Shown: positions 1-9,407 of the stretch, piece by piece | Layout: each line of letters opens with the position of its first letter | Position numbering within the stretch: position 1 is the first letter of the stretch | IMG/VR virus record: IMGVR_UViG_3300017963_000033 | Span: 15,320 to 79,319 of that record | DNA: 64,000 nt | Strand: one strand, 5' to 3' | Source of the DNA: a virus | Made by a program: the position numbers and the translations under genes | Notes under the pieces: generated by a model | Told to the model about the DNA's origin: nothing | Database searches by the model: none | The model's input: only the letters and a program-made list of their open reading frames with translations

Positions 1-1290
1 AAAGACCGTGACAGGGAGGATGCACCAGGAGTGCCCCTGCGGCTGAGGCTGGGGCGCGTTGGAAAGATCAGGCAGGGCGTCATGGCCAAGAACAAGGATG
101 GAAGAGACTACCCGCTGGCCACACCCTATTTCATCATCGAACCGGCAACTACTATCAAAGAGGACAAATATCGAATCCTGTCGGAGGTCAGGGCTGCGAT
201 TGATGCCCTTGTCCCTGGGCAGGATCTGGAAAAGCCCACTGTGTTGCCCATCATCTTCCTCATCAACGATGATGCGATGATTGCCCCCGAGTCCTACAAA
301 CTCAGGCGCGGCAAAAAGGGGACTGTCTGGTGTGCCGGCAACGGCGAGACCATCCTGTGGAAGCTGGATGACCAATTCCGAGTTGAGGTCAGCCAGGGGG
401 TCCACGTCAAAACGGGCGAGATCCTGCGTTGCCCAGGAGGGGACAGGGACCATGAGCGCCACCCCTGGTGTGAGGAGTGCAACGGCGAGTTTGAACTGAA
501 CTTTGCCATCCAGGGCTATGACCGCAGCGGCGTGTGGCTGCTGCGCACCAAGAGCATGAACTTCCGGGACCAGTTTTGGCCTCAACTGGCCATCGCCCGA
601 GGGTTTGTCCAGCGAGGCGTGGTGCCCACTCTGGCCGATGTGCCGTTCTTGCTGCGCCGGCAGAAAGAATCTATTACGGCTCCAGTAGGGGCGAACAAAG
701 GTTTGTCCACTGTCGAGATGCCCATCACGTCCATCGAAATCGAACCCGGATTCCTCAAGTGGGCCAGGGGACGGCAGCAACGGATGGTTCAGGCGTTGCA
801 GGCCGGGGAAGTGCTGGCCCTCTCGTCAGGGGAAGAGGGATGGCCAGAGGATGAGGAGGACGGATATATCGACGGGGAAGTGGACGTGCTGCCCGAGACA
901 ATGGAGGAGGCAAATAAACCAGCCGACGAACCCGCCCCGCCCCAGCCCAAACCAGAACCCAAAAAGCCTGCGCCCCGTGCAAGTAAGCTGGCCCCATCCC
1001 CGCGAGAGGCAGCGCCCAGGCGTGGTGCGCAAGCCAAGGAGAAACAGGACCAGCCGGTGGATGAGAAGGCTCCCCCGCCGCCGACGAACCCGGAAACGCT
1101 GAAAACCTCCATCAACTGGGTGACCAGCGGAAAGTACGACACGGTGGGGGATGTCTTGAAGGCGCTGAGGCGCATCTTCTCGAACAACAAGTACACCTGG
1201 CCGGTCAACGAACCAGAAGCATACCCTGAACTTCTGACCTTGTTGGTCCAGGACCACCAGGCCAGCGAGGACGCCAAGAAGGACAAGTGA
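1..1290 (+). CDS. Gp3-like/recombination directionality factor-like protein (5' end probably truncated by window)
   Basis: RLGRVGKIRQG..YP..YF N-terminal motif, Cys cluster, acidic/Pro-rich tail; frame open back to base 1. Confidence 0.55.
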   Translation, partial: KDRDREDAPGVPLRLRLGRVGKIRQGVMAKNKDGRDYPLATPYFIIEPATTIKEDKYRILSEVRAAIDALVPGQDLEKPTVLPIIFLINDDAMIAPESYKLRRGKKGTVWCAGNGETILWKLDDQFRVEVSQGVHVKTGEILRCPGGDRDHERHPWCEECNGEFELNFAIQGYDRSGVWLLRTKSMNFRDQFWPQLAIARGFVQRGVVPTLADVPFLLRRQKESITAPVGANKGLSTVEMPITSIEIEPGFLKWARGRQQRMVQALQAGEVLALSSGEEGWPEDEEDGYIDGEVDVLPETMEEANKPADEPAPPQPKPEPKKPAPRASKLAPSPREAAPRRGAQAKEKQDQPVDEKAPPPPTNPETLKTSINWVTSGKYDTVGDVLKALRRIFSNNKYTWPVNEPEAYPELLTLLVQDHQASEDAKKDK

Positions 1291-1347
1291 ACCAGGTTGC
1301 CCCGCTGGTTCCTCTACGCCAGCGGGGCAATAGAAAGGAGACAAACA

Positions 1348-2235
1348 GTGAGAGAACATTTTCAGGATTTCAATTTCCAGAGCGCCACCCTGGAAGTGAT
1401 TGAGCAAGTGGCCGGCATCATGGGACAATACCGCCGCATGGGGTTTGTGCTAACCGTGCGACAGGTATACTATCAACTTGTTGCGAGGGGCCTCATTGAG
1501 AACTCGCTTTCCTCCTACAAGCGCATCGTCAACATTGTGGGCAATGCCCGACTGGCCGGCATGTTGGATTGGGGCCTCATCGAGGATAGAGAACGCCCGG
1601 TACACTATCCAGGTCATTGGGATGGTGCCAGCGACATTGCACAATCCGCCTATCACAGCTTCCGGGTGAATCGTTGGAAATACCAACCCTGGCATGTGGA
1701 AGTGATGTGCGAGAAAAAGGCCCTTGAAGGCGTCCTGCGCCCCGTCTGCGCAAGGCTGGATGTCAGATTTCAGGCTAACCGGGGCTACAGCAGCCTCACG
1801 GCAATGTACGAGACTGGGAAGCGCCTGGAGAGAATGGTTGCTGGTGGAAAAGATGTTGCCATCCTATACTTTGGCGATCATGATCCAAGCGGCATGGATA
1901 TGGACCGTGACATCGCAGAGAGGCTGTCGATGTTTTCCCGGTGCCGTGTTGAGGTCGAGCGGCTTGCCCTCCTCATGGACCAAATCGAGGAGATGGACAT
2001 TCCAGAGAACCCTGCCAAGCTGACAGATAGCCGTGCCGATGGATACATCGCCCAATATGGCATGTCCTCTTGGGAGCTGGACGCCATGGAGCCGCAGACT
2101 ATGGCAGACCTCGTGGAGGGTGCCATCTTGAGTTTTCGGGACGAAAGCATTCATGCCGAAGCGATGGACTTTGAAGAAGAAGAGAAAGAAAAGCTGTCCG
2201 CATTCATCCAGGACAATGAGGACAGCACCTACTGA
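1348..2235 (+). CDS. TOPRIM protein, Topo VI-A/Spo11-like
   Basis: LTVRQVYYQL wHTH, VEVMCEK, RGYSS, YFGDHDPSG; GTG start after AGAAAGGAGA. Confidence 0.75.
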   Translation: MREHFQDFNFQSATLEVIEQVAGIMGQYRRMGFVLTVRQVYYQLVARGLIENSLSSYKRIVNIVGNARLAGMLDWGLIEDRERPVHYPGHWDGASDIAQSAYHSFRVNRWKYQPWHVEVMCEKKALEGVLRPVCARLDVRFQANRGYSSLTAMYETGKRLERMVAGGKDVAILYFGDHDPSGMDMDRDIAERLSMFSRCRVEVERLALLMDQIEEMDIPENPAKLTDSRADGYIAQYGMSSWELDAMEPQTMADLVEGAILSFRDESIHAEAMDFEEEEKEKLSAFIQDNEDSTY

Positions 2236-2247
2236 AAGGAGACAAAC

Positions 2248-2664
2248 ATGCCAAATATCAGGACCAGGCGCAGATACGGCAAGCACGAACAACGCCCGCC
2301 CCATCTGGACTACTGGATGCCAACAACCTCCTACCAGAGCTGCCCGACCTGCGGGGATGTACTGACCTGGCTTTGCCCAGAGTGCAAGGACAACTATACC
2401 TACCAGGAGTATCTTGACGTTTGGGAGGAGCACTTTGGGGATGAAACCACGGGAGAAATAACCTCTTGGCACAGTGGAGTTTCAAGACAAAACATCGTCC
2501 ACAGGCTGTCAAGGAGGCAATTTCAGCAATCACTTGCCATCGTAGGCCGCAATGGGCGATGGATTGATAAGGAACTAAAGAAACCTTTCGAGGAACAGGA
2601 TGGCCAGTGGGTGGACAAGTTGTTTGCCGAATCATTTCCGCACGAATTGCGGCTATTCATGTAG
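2248..2664 (+). CDS. hypothetical protein with CxxC pairs
   Basis: ORF with strong SD; CPTC/CPEC. Confidence 0.6.
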   Translation: MPNIRTRRRYGKHEQRPPHLDYWMPTTSYQSCPTCGDVLTWLCPECKDNYTYQEYLDVWEEHFGDETTGEITSWHSGVSRQNIVHRLSRRQFQQSLAIVGRNGRWIDKELKKPFEEQDGQWVDKLFAESFPHELRLFM

Positions 2665-2682
2665 GAGCAGAGAGGAGAACGC

Positions 2683-3024
2683 ATGACAGAGGCAGAAGAA
2701 ATGACGGAGTTACAGTCACTAGATGATGCAGTCCCATTCCTGGGACACTACATTGTCTGGCGTCAACACGATTCTCTTTGGGAACCAACCCATTGGAATA
2801 CATACCGTGGCTACCTAGAGCGCGTAAAACAACCATATCGTGGGCTCGGGATGGGGTATCCCATCGTGAGGGAAATCATAAACAATGTGCATTCTATGAG
2901 CGCCATCGCAGAGGGAAAGATCACTAAAGGCAACAGGATGCAGGTGCGTTTGGCATCCCAAAATGAAATCGCAAGCATGGAACTGTCCTATGGGAGGAAG
3001 CCGCTGGGGGAGGAAGCCGCATGA
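2683..3024 (+). CDS. hypothetical protein
   Basis: SD GAGGAG, tightly packed with neighbours. Confidence 0.6.
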   Translation: MTEAEEMTELQSLDDAVPFLGHYIVWRQHDSLWEPTHWNTYRGYLERVKQPYRGLGMGYPIVREIINNVHSMSAIAEGKITKGNRMQVRLASQNEIASMELSYGRKPLGEEAA

Positions 3025-3416
3025 ACACAGACCGCCAACTGATCATAACCCTCGTCGCCCCTGAGCATTATCACATCCAGTGGGGAACCAAGGTGCGAAC
3101 AGGGTTCACCTGGGACGAGATGCTGGGCGAGGTCGCCCATCTCACGTGCCCCCGCGATGGGGGGGGATGGCAAGAAAAGCTATTCTGCTCCATGCGCCCC
3201 GAAGAGGTCTGCAAATGTGGGCGTAGGAAGAACCGCAGCGACGACCTGTGTGTGGACTGCCGGCTGATCGAACCAGCACCCGAGCAGAAACTGGGCACCT
3301 GCACCATCTGCCACCAACCCATCTACCAGACGATCATGGCAAACCTGTGGGCGCACAAGGATGCCAGCCTGAACCTGGACCATGTGGCCGAGCCGGTAGA
3401 GGAGGATGGGGAATGA
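3021..3416 (+). CDS. hypothetical Zn-finger protein
   Basis: ATGA overlap; CxC/CxxC motifs. Confidence 0.6.
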   Translation: MNTDRQLIITLVAPEHYHIQWGTKVRTGFTWDEMLGEVAHLTCPRDGGGWQEKLFCSMRPEEVCKCGRRKNRSDDLCVDCRLIEPAPEQKLGTCTICHQPIYQTIMANLWAHKDASLNLDHVAEPVEEDGE

Positions 3417-3664
3417 GAGATTTCTTTTGGGAAGTTCTCCTCATCTTCCTCGTCGTCATAGGGACTGGGGTTGTCGTCGGCCTCATTGTGATTGATGACA
3501 CACAATACGCCTTCGACATCGAGTGCTGCCAGGTAGAAACAGATACCTGCTACCACGAAACAGGCATCTACGGCTATGGCTTCCCCGACTGCCCAGACGG
3601 CTTTGAGTTCAAGCATGGGGAGTTGTGGACGGTCGATGAGTTCCTGGCTGGAGGGGGTGAATGA
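3413..3664 (+). CDS. small membrane protein
   Basis: N-terminal TM helix; ATGA overlaps. Confidence 0.55.
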   Translation: MRDFFWEVLLIFLVVIGTGVVVGLIVIDDTQYAFDIECCQVETDTCYHETGIYGYGFPDCPDGFEFKHGELWTVDEFLAGGGE

Positions 3665-3876
3665 TGGGCGCAAGAGAGTCCGAAATCCTGACCTTCATCA
3701 AGGGGTACATCGAGGAGCACGGCTTTGCCCCCACCATCCGGGAAATCTGTGATGCCACATGCTGCCGCTCTACCAGCACGGTGGCCTACAACCTGGATTC
3801 CCTGGAGCGGAGGGGGTTGATCACCAGGGAGCAGGGGAAGGCGAGGACGATTCGATTGGTAGGAAAGGAGGAGTGA
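3661..3876 (+). CDS. LexA DNA-binding-domain protein (no peptidase domain)
   Basis: ILTFIKGYIEEHGFAPTIREIC..STSTVAYNLDSLERRGLI..GKARTI. Confidence 0.85.
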   Translation: MMGARESEILTFIKGYIEEHGFAPTIREICDATCCRSTSTVAYNLDSLERRGLITREQGKARTIRLVGKEE

Positions 3877-4202
3877 TGGCATCACCAGAGAAGCACGAAA
3901 CCCATTGCCCAAATCCGCAATGCGCAGACATCGTAGCCAGCCATGGGGAACCGTATCACCGAGTTTATCCCTCGCATGATAAGGATTATGTGGCTCGGTG
4001 TGAACAATGCGGGGGGAGACTGACCCATGATGGCAAGTGGGTCTACATCTGTGTGACCTGCAACAAGGAGGTTGATGAACTGTTTGGCCTATTCGTCCCC
4101 CACAACTGCAAGGAGTGCCAGCAGAACTTGCTGGATGAGCAGCGGCGTTCGGGGAACATCTGTGGGATGTGCCGACAACCACGGGCACTGTGCTGTTGCT
4201 GA
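3876..4202 (+). CDS. multi Zn-ribbon hypothetical protein
   Basis: repeated CxxC. Confidence 0.6.
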   Translation: MASPEKHETHCPNPQCADIVASHGEPYHRVYPSHDKDYVARCEQCGGRLTHDGKWVYICVTCNKEVDELFGLFVPHNCKECQQNLLDEQRRSGNICGMCRQPRALCCC

Positions 4203-4217
4203 AATTGGCTTGACAAA

Positions 4218-4745
4218 ATGATCTGGACTATCTCGCACAGAGCCGACTCCGCAGCATTGCCAATCGCGGACAGGCATTACAATCGCCAAAAGCCGGGAAC
4301 GCCGCAATTTGTCCCGCCTGGGCGCTGCCTGGTCTTGCTGACAGACGACAGAACGGCGCTTTGGGTCACATCCTGGCCTTTTGCAAAATATGTTAAACAC
4401 GCATGGCCAGGCGCTTGGATCAATTCGCTTTTTCGCAATGAGGGACAATATAAAGCCAGCGAACTAATCCGCAGCGCCGTCGCTGTTACTATAAGTTTTT
4501 GGCCCAATGTGCCAGAGTTGGGAATGATCACCTTCATTGATCCCCGACACGTCAAGCCAATCAAAAGGCGAGGCCACGACACGTGGGGCTATACTTACCT
4601 CAAGGCAGGATTTGAGCCAGCCACCCCAGCGACAACTGCTGGCGGATTACTCGCTTTCCAGATGACGCCCGACCGAATGCCTAAACCAGCCCTGGCAATA
4701 GGTCAACAAATAAAATTGGGTCTTGACAGGTGCTGGAAACTGTGA
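4218..4745 (+). CDS. putative Mom-like GNAT-fold DNA-modification protein
   Basis: ADRHYNRQ N-terminus; ITFIDP...GYTYLKAGF resembles the Mom-type C-terminal signature. Confidence 0.45.
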   Translation: MIWTISHRADSAALPIADRHYNRQKPGTPQFVPPGRCLVLLTDDRTALWVTSWPFAKYVKHAWPGAWINSLFRNEGQYKASELIRSAVAVTISFWPNVPELGMITFIDPRHVKPIKRRGHDTWGYTYLKAGFEPATPATTAGGLLAFQMTPDRMPKPALAIGQQIKLGLDRCWKL

Positions 4746-4751
4746 TATACT
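4723..4751 (+). promoter_or_regulatory. sigma70-type promoter
   Basis: TTGACA-17-TATACT with extended -10 TG. Confidence 0.8.
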
Positions 4752-4764
4752 TGATATTGGATTC

Positions 4765-4931
4765 GTTGGGAGTGACGCCCCAACTTTTAACATAAGGCGA
4801 CTGGCATAGAAGGCCCTTGTGGTTTCTCACATGGGCGGTTACGGAATCTACGTGCCGTAGGTGGCAGCGTCAACGTAGAATTGTCCAGTCGCCGCCGTAC
4901 CGTCCAGGTGAGAAGCACCAAGGGCTTTTTT
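4765..4931 (+). ncRNA. c4/CI-like antisense RNA cassette with upstream target sites and terminator
   Basis: Long outer stem 4812-4926 + U tract; unpaired GCGTCA (4867-72) and CCAGTCGCC (4885-93) complementary to TGACGC (4773-78, hairpin loop) and GGCGACTGG (4796-4804). Confidence 0.7.
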
Positions 4932-4953
4932 ATTGACCTGAGAGGAGAAACAG

Positions 4954-5295
4954 ATGCCTAACATCGCGCTCTACCAAACACAGGACATGATAAACGACTA
5001 CCACGCCTCGCTGGCCGAGTTCAAAACCTGCCAGCGGCTGCTCACCCTCCTAGAGGCCGACGTGCGCTCCGAACAGGGACGCAACCCGGTCAGGGGGAGC
5101 ATGGCCCGACAGGAGATGGCCAAGACTCGCAGACACATCCGCCACCTGCAAGAAAGGCTGTCTGGCAACGAACAAATCCTGCGGGCCATCCGCCGAGAGC
5201 TGGAGCGCCGGCAGGCTCCACAACTGGACGACCTGCCCGAGATCCCGCAGGTGGTCGAGATCCGATGGGGGTTCCGTGAGGGAAGAGATGGCTAA
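4954..5295 (+). CDS. coiled-coil hypothetical protein
   Basis: SD GAGGAG; heptad pattern. Confidence 0.65.
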   Translation: MPNIALYQTQDMINDYHASLAEFKTCQRLLTLLEADVRSEQGRNPVRGSMARQEMAKTRRHIRHLQERLSGNEQILRAIRRELERRQAPQLDDLPEIPQVVEIRWGFREGRDG

Positions 5296-5770
5296 TAAAC
5301 CCCTACTCTACCGTGTCGAACTTCCTGATGTCGAAGTAGAGGTCTTGGATACAGGTTTTGTCATCATCCCTGCCAGCAGGTTCAGAAGCCCATGGGAACA
5401 GCACAGCGTCTATACTGAGATTGCAAGGGAACTGGCCTACTTCCATGCTGAGGAGGGACCCTACACAATCAACATTGGCCTCATGGAATGCCAGGTCACC
5501 GTCCTCAACTACCTGGACCAGGAGGGCCATGGCATTGTTGTCTGGGAATACTACATCCCCCAGAATGACACCGCCCCCGAGCCCCAATACACCCTCATCG
5601 ACCAGGAGGGCCGGCAGCCAGCCGCAGTCAACTATGACCCCATCTGCATCGCTCCCCCCAACAGCACCGTGTCTTTCCGCCGTGCCTCTGAGGACCCGAG
5701 GGACACGTGCCCTGTGGAGCATATCATGGTTTTGGGGATTGTGCTGATGCGGCCTGGGGAGGAAGCATGA
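5288..5770 (+). CDS. stand-alone domain resembling the C-terminal domain of the tail proteins at 19.9-23.0 kb
   Basis: LAYFHAEEG, IVVWEYY and SFRRASEDPRDT..MVLGIVL align by eye with WVYFMAPTG, CQWDYN and KLDRDGAADS..RLLGIEM. Confidence 0.5.
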   Translation: MANKPLLYRVELPDVEVEVLDTGFVIIPASRFRSPWEQHSVYTEIARELAYFHAEEGPYTINIGLMECQVTVLNYLDQEGHGIVVWEYYIPQNDTAPEPQYTLIDQEGRQPAAVNYDPICIAPPNSTVSFRRASEDPRDTCPVEHIMVLGIVLMRPGEEA

Positions 5771-6108
5771 TCTTCCTGCCGATGGAGGAGATGACGCGAA
5801 AGGCTATTCTGTTGGAAATGTATCGCCAGGGTACAATGCTGGTAATAGATACAGAACACTTTCATGCTTCCTCTGAGGAATATGAGCGGCACCATACCAA
5901 GCTACAACACCTACTGATAGGCACCTTTGAGCGCAAACAAAAGGCTATCGAGGAACACTGGAAACGGTGGGAAGATACTGGGCTGTCTGGATTCAGGCTT
6001 GAAGATGATGCCCTGATCTATGAGGATACTTGGTGGGTGCGACTGGCTGAGGATCTGAGATTACTTTTGGATGATATGGAACTGACACAGAAAGGAGACC
6101 AACTATGA
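5767..6108 (+). CDS. hypothetical protein
   Basis: ATGA overlap, SD. Confidence 0.55.
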   Translation: MIFLPMEEMTRKAILLEMYRQGTMLVIDTEHFHASSEEYERHHTKLQHLLIGTFERKQKAIEEHWKRWEDTGLSGFRLEDDALIYEDTWWVRLAEDLRLLLDDMELTQKGDQL

Positions 6109-6124
6109 AACAGGGAGGCTTTCT

Positions 6125-6952
6125 GTGAGTACACAATCTGAGGAATTCGCTTTCCGCAACCCGGTCAAGCAAGTCGGCTTTGCCCAGCTTGAACACGTCA
6201 TCGCTTTAGATCACGAACTGAGTGATGGGGCCTATCGCACCCTGGCCCTCTACATGAAGTATGCCCAGCAAAAGGACACATGCTTTCCGGGTATCGAGCG
6301 CATAGCAAAGGACAGGGGGAAGAACGTAAGCACCATCTCCCGACACAATGCAGAACTTGAAGCCCTGGGTTACATCACCCGCCAGCGCAGGACAGGCACA
6401 ACCACATTGACCTACATCGAGGACGTATATGAGATCCCCCGCCTCAAGGCTGTTGCCACCGATGAATTGTCACATCGCAATAATGATAGGTGTAAAGTTG
6501 CAATAACGCAATCTGTAACGTTGCAAAAATGCGATGTAGAAGAAGAACAAGGGGAAGGAGAACAAGGGGAAGAATATACTATGGTGCCTACGGCACCGGA
6601 TTCTCCATCTCCTGCTATTGAATCCCCTAGAACTTTTCAGGACTGGGAACAGTTTTTGCTGGAGGCTCCCAACAAACCGGCTGCACTCCGCATCATGGCC
6701 GTGTCCCTTTATGGTGCCGGCAAGGTGCCAGAAGATAACTATGGCATGATTGGACGGGCCTTGAAAAAACATGATCTGCACTACATGGCCGGCCTGTTAT
6801 GGCAGTGGAGTGCTCGGCCTCCCAATGGGGACCCATTCAAGTATGTCATAGGAATTATGAATGCCAAAAACGGAAACAGACGACACACCGTCCCAGTAGA
6901 CCGCAAACGAGAGGAGGAAGAATTTGACTACGCAAACAGCCAGCAGTGGTGA
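6125..6952 (+). CDS. phage replication initiator (N-terminal HTH)
   Basis: LSDGAYRT..CFPGIERIAKD..TISRHNAELEALGYI; directly upstream of a DnaC-like gene. Confidence 0.8.
   Translation: MSTQSEEFAFRNPVKQVGFAQLEHVIALDHELSDGAYRTLALYMKYAQQKDTCFPGIERIAKDRGKNVSTISRHNAELEALGYITRQRRTGTTTLTYIEDVYEIPRLKAVATDELSHRNNDRCKVAITQSVTLQKCDVEEEQGEGEQGEEYTMVPTAPDSPSPAIESPRTFQDWEQFLLEAPNKPAALRIMAVSLYGAGKVPEDNYGMIGRALKKHDLHYMAGLLWQWSARPPNGDPFKYVIGIMNAKNGNRRHTVPVDRKREEEEFDYANSQQW
6467..6575. repeat. candidate replication origin inside the initiator gene
   Basis: AT-richer patch, repeated (T/C)GCAAT/TTGCAA, ACATCGCA..TGCGATGT inverted repeat, tandem AGAACAAGGGGAAG. Confidence 0.4.
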
Positions 6953-7865
6953 CAGTCATAGCACAACAACAAAACGCCGCGTATTGAATGAGAGGAGTTT
7001 TGTAACGCTCCAACGCGCCTGGATGGATGTCCGGTGCCCAGCCTGTCGGGATACAGGGCACGTTGCCCTGTACCCAATCCAGGACAAAATGGGCCTCCTG
7101 GCCTGGTCCCTCGCCCGCATCCCTTCCGACAAGATTCCCTGGTGCAACCACTGTGAGGCGGGACCCCGAGAACGGGCCAAATATGAGGATGCGGTTGGAG
7201 GCTATAGGCAATCCGATCTCCTGCGCAACTTTGAGCAGGCCCAGGTGCCAGAGCGGTTTCATGGCCTCGGCCTGGACACCATCCAGATGATGCACCGAAA
7301 GGGCAAAGAGATGGCCCTGGCCGCTGCCGCCATGTTCCTGGATCTCGGTTATGCCATACCAGAGATGGTGTGTGAGTACGACAAATCCATACAGGCACAT
7401 GGTAAAAACCGCAGGGATGGCCTTGCCTTCATCGGCAAGCCAGGCGTGGGCAAGACGGGCATCCTCTCGGTAGTTTTCCAGGAGATGGTACAGCAAGGGA
7501 CCCAGGGCCTGTGGGTAGAACTCTATGACTTTTTTGCCTCCATCCAGGGGCAATATGGAAAAGATGGCGGCCTGGCCCACGAACGCATGGAGGCAGCCCA
7601 AAAGGTAGAACTCCTGTTCCTGGATGATTGCGGAGACCCTGACCGGAGGGATACCAACCGGGATTTGCTGCCAGAGACAGATGACAAGCGCCGAATTCTA
7701 TGGCAGGTGCTGGACCATCGGCATGGCAAACATCTGCCAACCCTCATCACCAGCAACCTGGACCGCTCAGGGCTGGAAACACAATGGGGCACCCGTCTGG
7801 CTGCCCGCCTGTGGGAACTCTGCTGGGTGGTGCCCGTGGGCGGCGTTGATTTGAGGGGCATCTGA
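6924..7865 (+). CDS. DnaC/IstB-like helicase loader ATPase
   Basis: CxxC Zn motifs, GKPGVGKT, LLFLDDCG, PTLITSN, RLWE. Confidence 0.88.
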   Translation: MTTQTASSGDSHSTTTKRRVLNERSFVTLQRAWMDVRCPACRDTGHVALYPIQDKMGLLAWSLARIPSDKIPWCNHCEAGPRERAKYEDAVGGYRQSDLLRNFEQAQVPERFHGLGLDTIQMMHRKGKEMALAAAAMFLDLGYAIPEMVCEYDKSIQAHGKNRRDGLAFIGKPGVGKTGILSVVFQEMVQQGTQGLWVELYDFFASIQGQYGKDGGLAHERMEAAQKVELLFLDDCGDPDRRDTNRDLLPETDDKRRILWQVLDHRHGKHLPTLITSNLDRSGLETQWGTRLAARLWELCWVVPVGGVDLRGI

Positions 7866-8131
7866 TGAACCACGTCCACCGTGTCTTTCCCTATCGCCAT
7901 GAACTCGGAGGCCAGGGCGTTCTCTGCACCACCGAGCAAGCCTTTGCTGAGTTTGTCCAGCAGGTCATGCTTACCCTCAAGGTGAGAGCCCATCACCATC
8001 CTGGCACTTTGATGGGCAAAGCCTATAGGGTCAAGATTCCCGGCACTGGAAACTATATCCTGGTCTGCACGTTTGAGACCAATGAGCAGCACTACAGCGC
8101 GGATAGGGTGTCGCTGTTTTGCATGAATTGA
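7865..8131 (+). CDS. hypothetical protein
   Basis: coupled to the upstream stop. Confidence 0.5.
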   Translation: MNHVHRVFPYRHELGGQGVLCTTEQAFAEFVQQVMLTLKVRAHHHPGTLMGKAYRVKIPGTGNYILVCTFETNEQHYSADRVSLFCMN

Positions 8132-8155
8132 TGAAAAGGATGAAGGTGACGACCA

Positions 8156-8401
8156 ATGGAGGTCTTGCCCAGTTATGACGCTGGCCAGAAAGGAGACCTC
8201 TTGCAAGCGCAGGAATTGCTGGCAGAGATGTCGAGAATGGCAACCCAGGTGAGTGCCCTCCTCGGGCGCAACCTGACCGTCAAGGGAGTCAACGGGACAA
8301 GCCAGGTAGAGATGGATGCTATCTACCAGGCCCATTGCCTGGTGCCCACCGGGGCCATCATGCGAACTAGCCAGTGGGTCAGGGAGGCGATTCGCCAATG
8401 A
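8156..8401 (+). CDS. hypothetical protein
   Basis: ORF coupled to ruvC. Confidence 0.5.
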   Translation: MEVLPSYDAGQKGDLLQAQELLAEMSRMATQVSALLGRNLTVKGVNGTSQVEMDAIYQAHCLVPTGAIMRTSQWVREAIRQ

Positions 8402-8895
8402 TCCTCCTTGCCCTGGACCCCAGCCTCTCGGCCATCGGCTGGTGCGTGATGGACACTGACTTGCGGGACCACGAGTGCATCACCGCCGCAGGGGTATTCA
8501 AGCCCAGCGGAGACTCCCTAGACCTGAAACTGACCTCGGCATCCAAGTGGTTGGACAGTCTTGCAGAGCAGTATCGCCCAGAAACGATAGCCCTGGAGGT
8601 CCCCGTGGTGGCCAAGAATATCCGAACCACCATCAAGCTGGCTCAATTGTCTGGAGCCCTACGCTTGACGGCGTTTCAGTGGACAGAGAGGACCATTGAG
8701 GTCTACCCCGGTGGCCGGCTGGCAGGGCTGGGGTTGCCTATCAAGACAAAAAGGGACGATGCCAAGCGCCTGGTCACAGGTCATGTCAACAGCATCTATG
8801 GCCTGGACCTTGACCCGAAAAGAGAGCACGACATCGCAGACGCGGTTGCCGTGGCCCATGCGGCGTGGTCGATGCTGCGGCAGGAATGGTTCTGA
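8398..8895 (+). CDS. ruvC: RuvC-like Holliday junction resolvase
   Basis: ILLALDPSL..IGW, IALE, HDIADAVAVA. Confidence 0.88.
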   Translation: MILLALDPSLSAIGWCVMDTDLRDHECITAAGVFKPSGDSLDLKLTSASKWLDSLAEQYRPETIALEVPVVAKNIRTTIKLAQLSGALRLTAFQWTERTIEVYPGGRLAGLGLPIKTKRDDAKRLVTGHVNSIYGLDLDPKREHDIADAVAVAHAAWSMLRQEWF

Positions 8896-8936
8896 TAATG
8901 GTGATATTCGGGAACAACGCAGGAGGTTAAGGTGAC

Positions 8937-9407
8937 GTGAGGGCACTGACACTATGGCAACCGTGGGCGACACTAGTCGCCATTGGTGCAAAGAGAATTG
9001 AAACACGATCATGGACTACAAGCTACCGAGGGCCGTTGGCGATCCATGCCGCCATGAGCACGAGGGGGCATGAGGCATATTGGCGCGAACCTTTCTTTGC
9101 TGAACTAAGGGTTTACCATTACAATAGGCCACACGAATTACCCCACGGTAGGATCATAGCAGTTTGCGAACTGACCGACATCCTTCCGACTGAGGATGTC
9201 CGAGGAATCATTGAGAACCGAGAATTGGCATTCGGTGACTATGGGGACGGACGTTATGCCTGGAGATTAGAAAATATCCATAGGTTGCCGATTGAAATGC
9301 CAGCGCGGGGATACCAAGGTCTGTGGCAGTGGGATTATTCTGGCGAGACAGCCGCAATTCAGAGGATGATTTATACATCCATGGACAACCAGAAAGGAGA
9401 CACATAA
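8937..9407 (+). CDS. ASCH domain protein
   Basis: ALTLWQPWATLVAIGAKRIETRSW..YRGPLAIHA..RGYQGLW. Confidence 0.9.
   Translation: MRALTLWQPWATLVAIGAKRIETRSWTTSYRGPLAIHAAMSTRGHEAYWREPFFAELRVYHYNRPHELPHGRIIAVCELTDILPTEDVRGIIENRELAFGDYGDGRYAWRLENIHRLPIEMPARGYQGLWQWDYSGETAAIQRMIYTSMDNQKGDT

Noticed and set aside
1348-2235. Wadjet JetD or complete Topo VI system
   Set aside because: No SMC/kleisin or GHKL subunit nearby; solitary TOPRIM genes are common in phages
3661-3876. SOS-cleavable master repressor
   Set aside because: Only the DNA-binding domain is present; no Ser-Lys peptidase domain
6039-6047. Second c4 target (GCGACTGG) upstream of the rep gene
   Set aside because: 8-nt match without the partner hairpin site at matching spacing; compatible with chance
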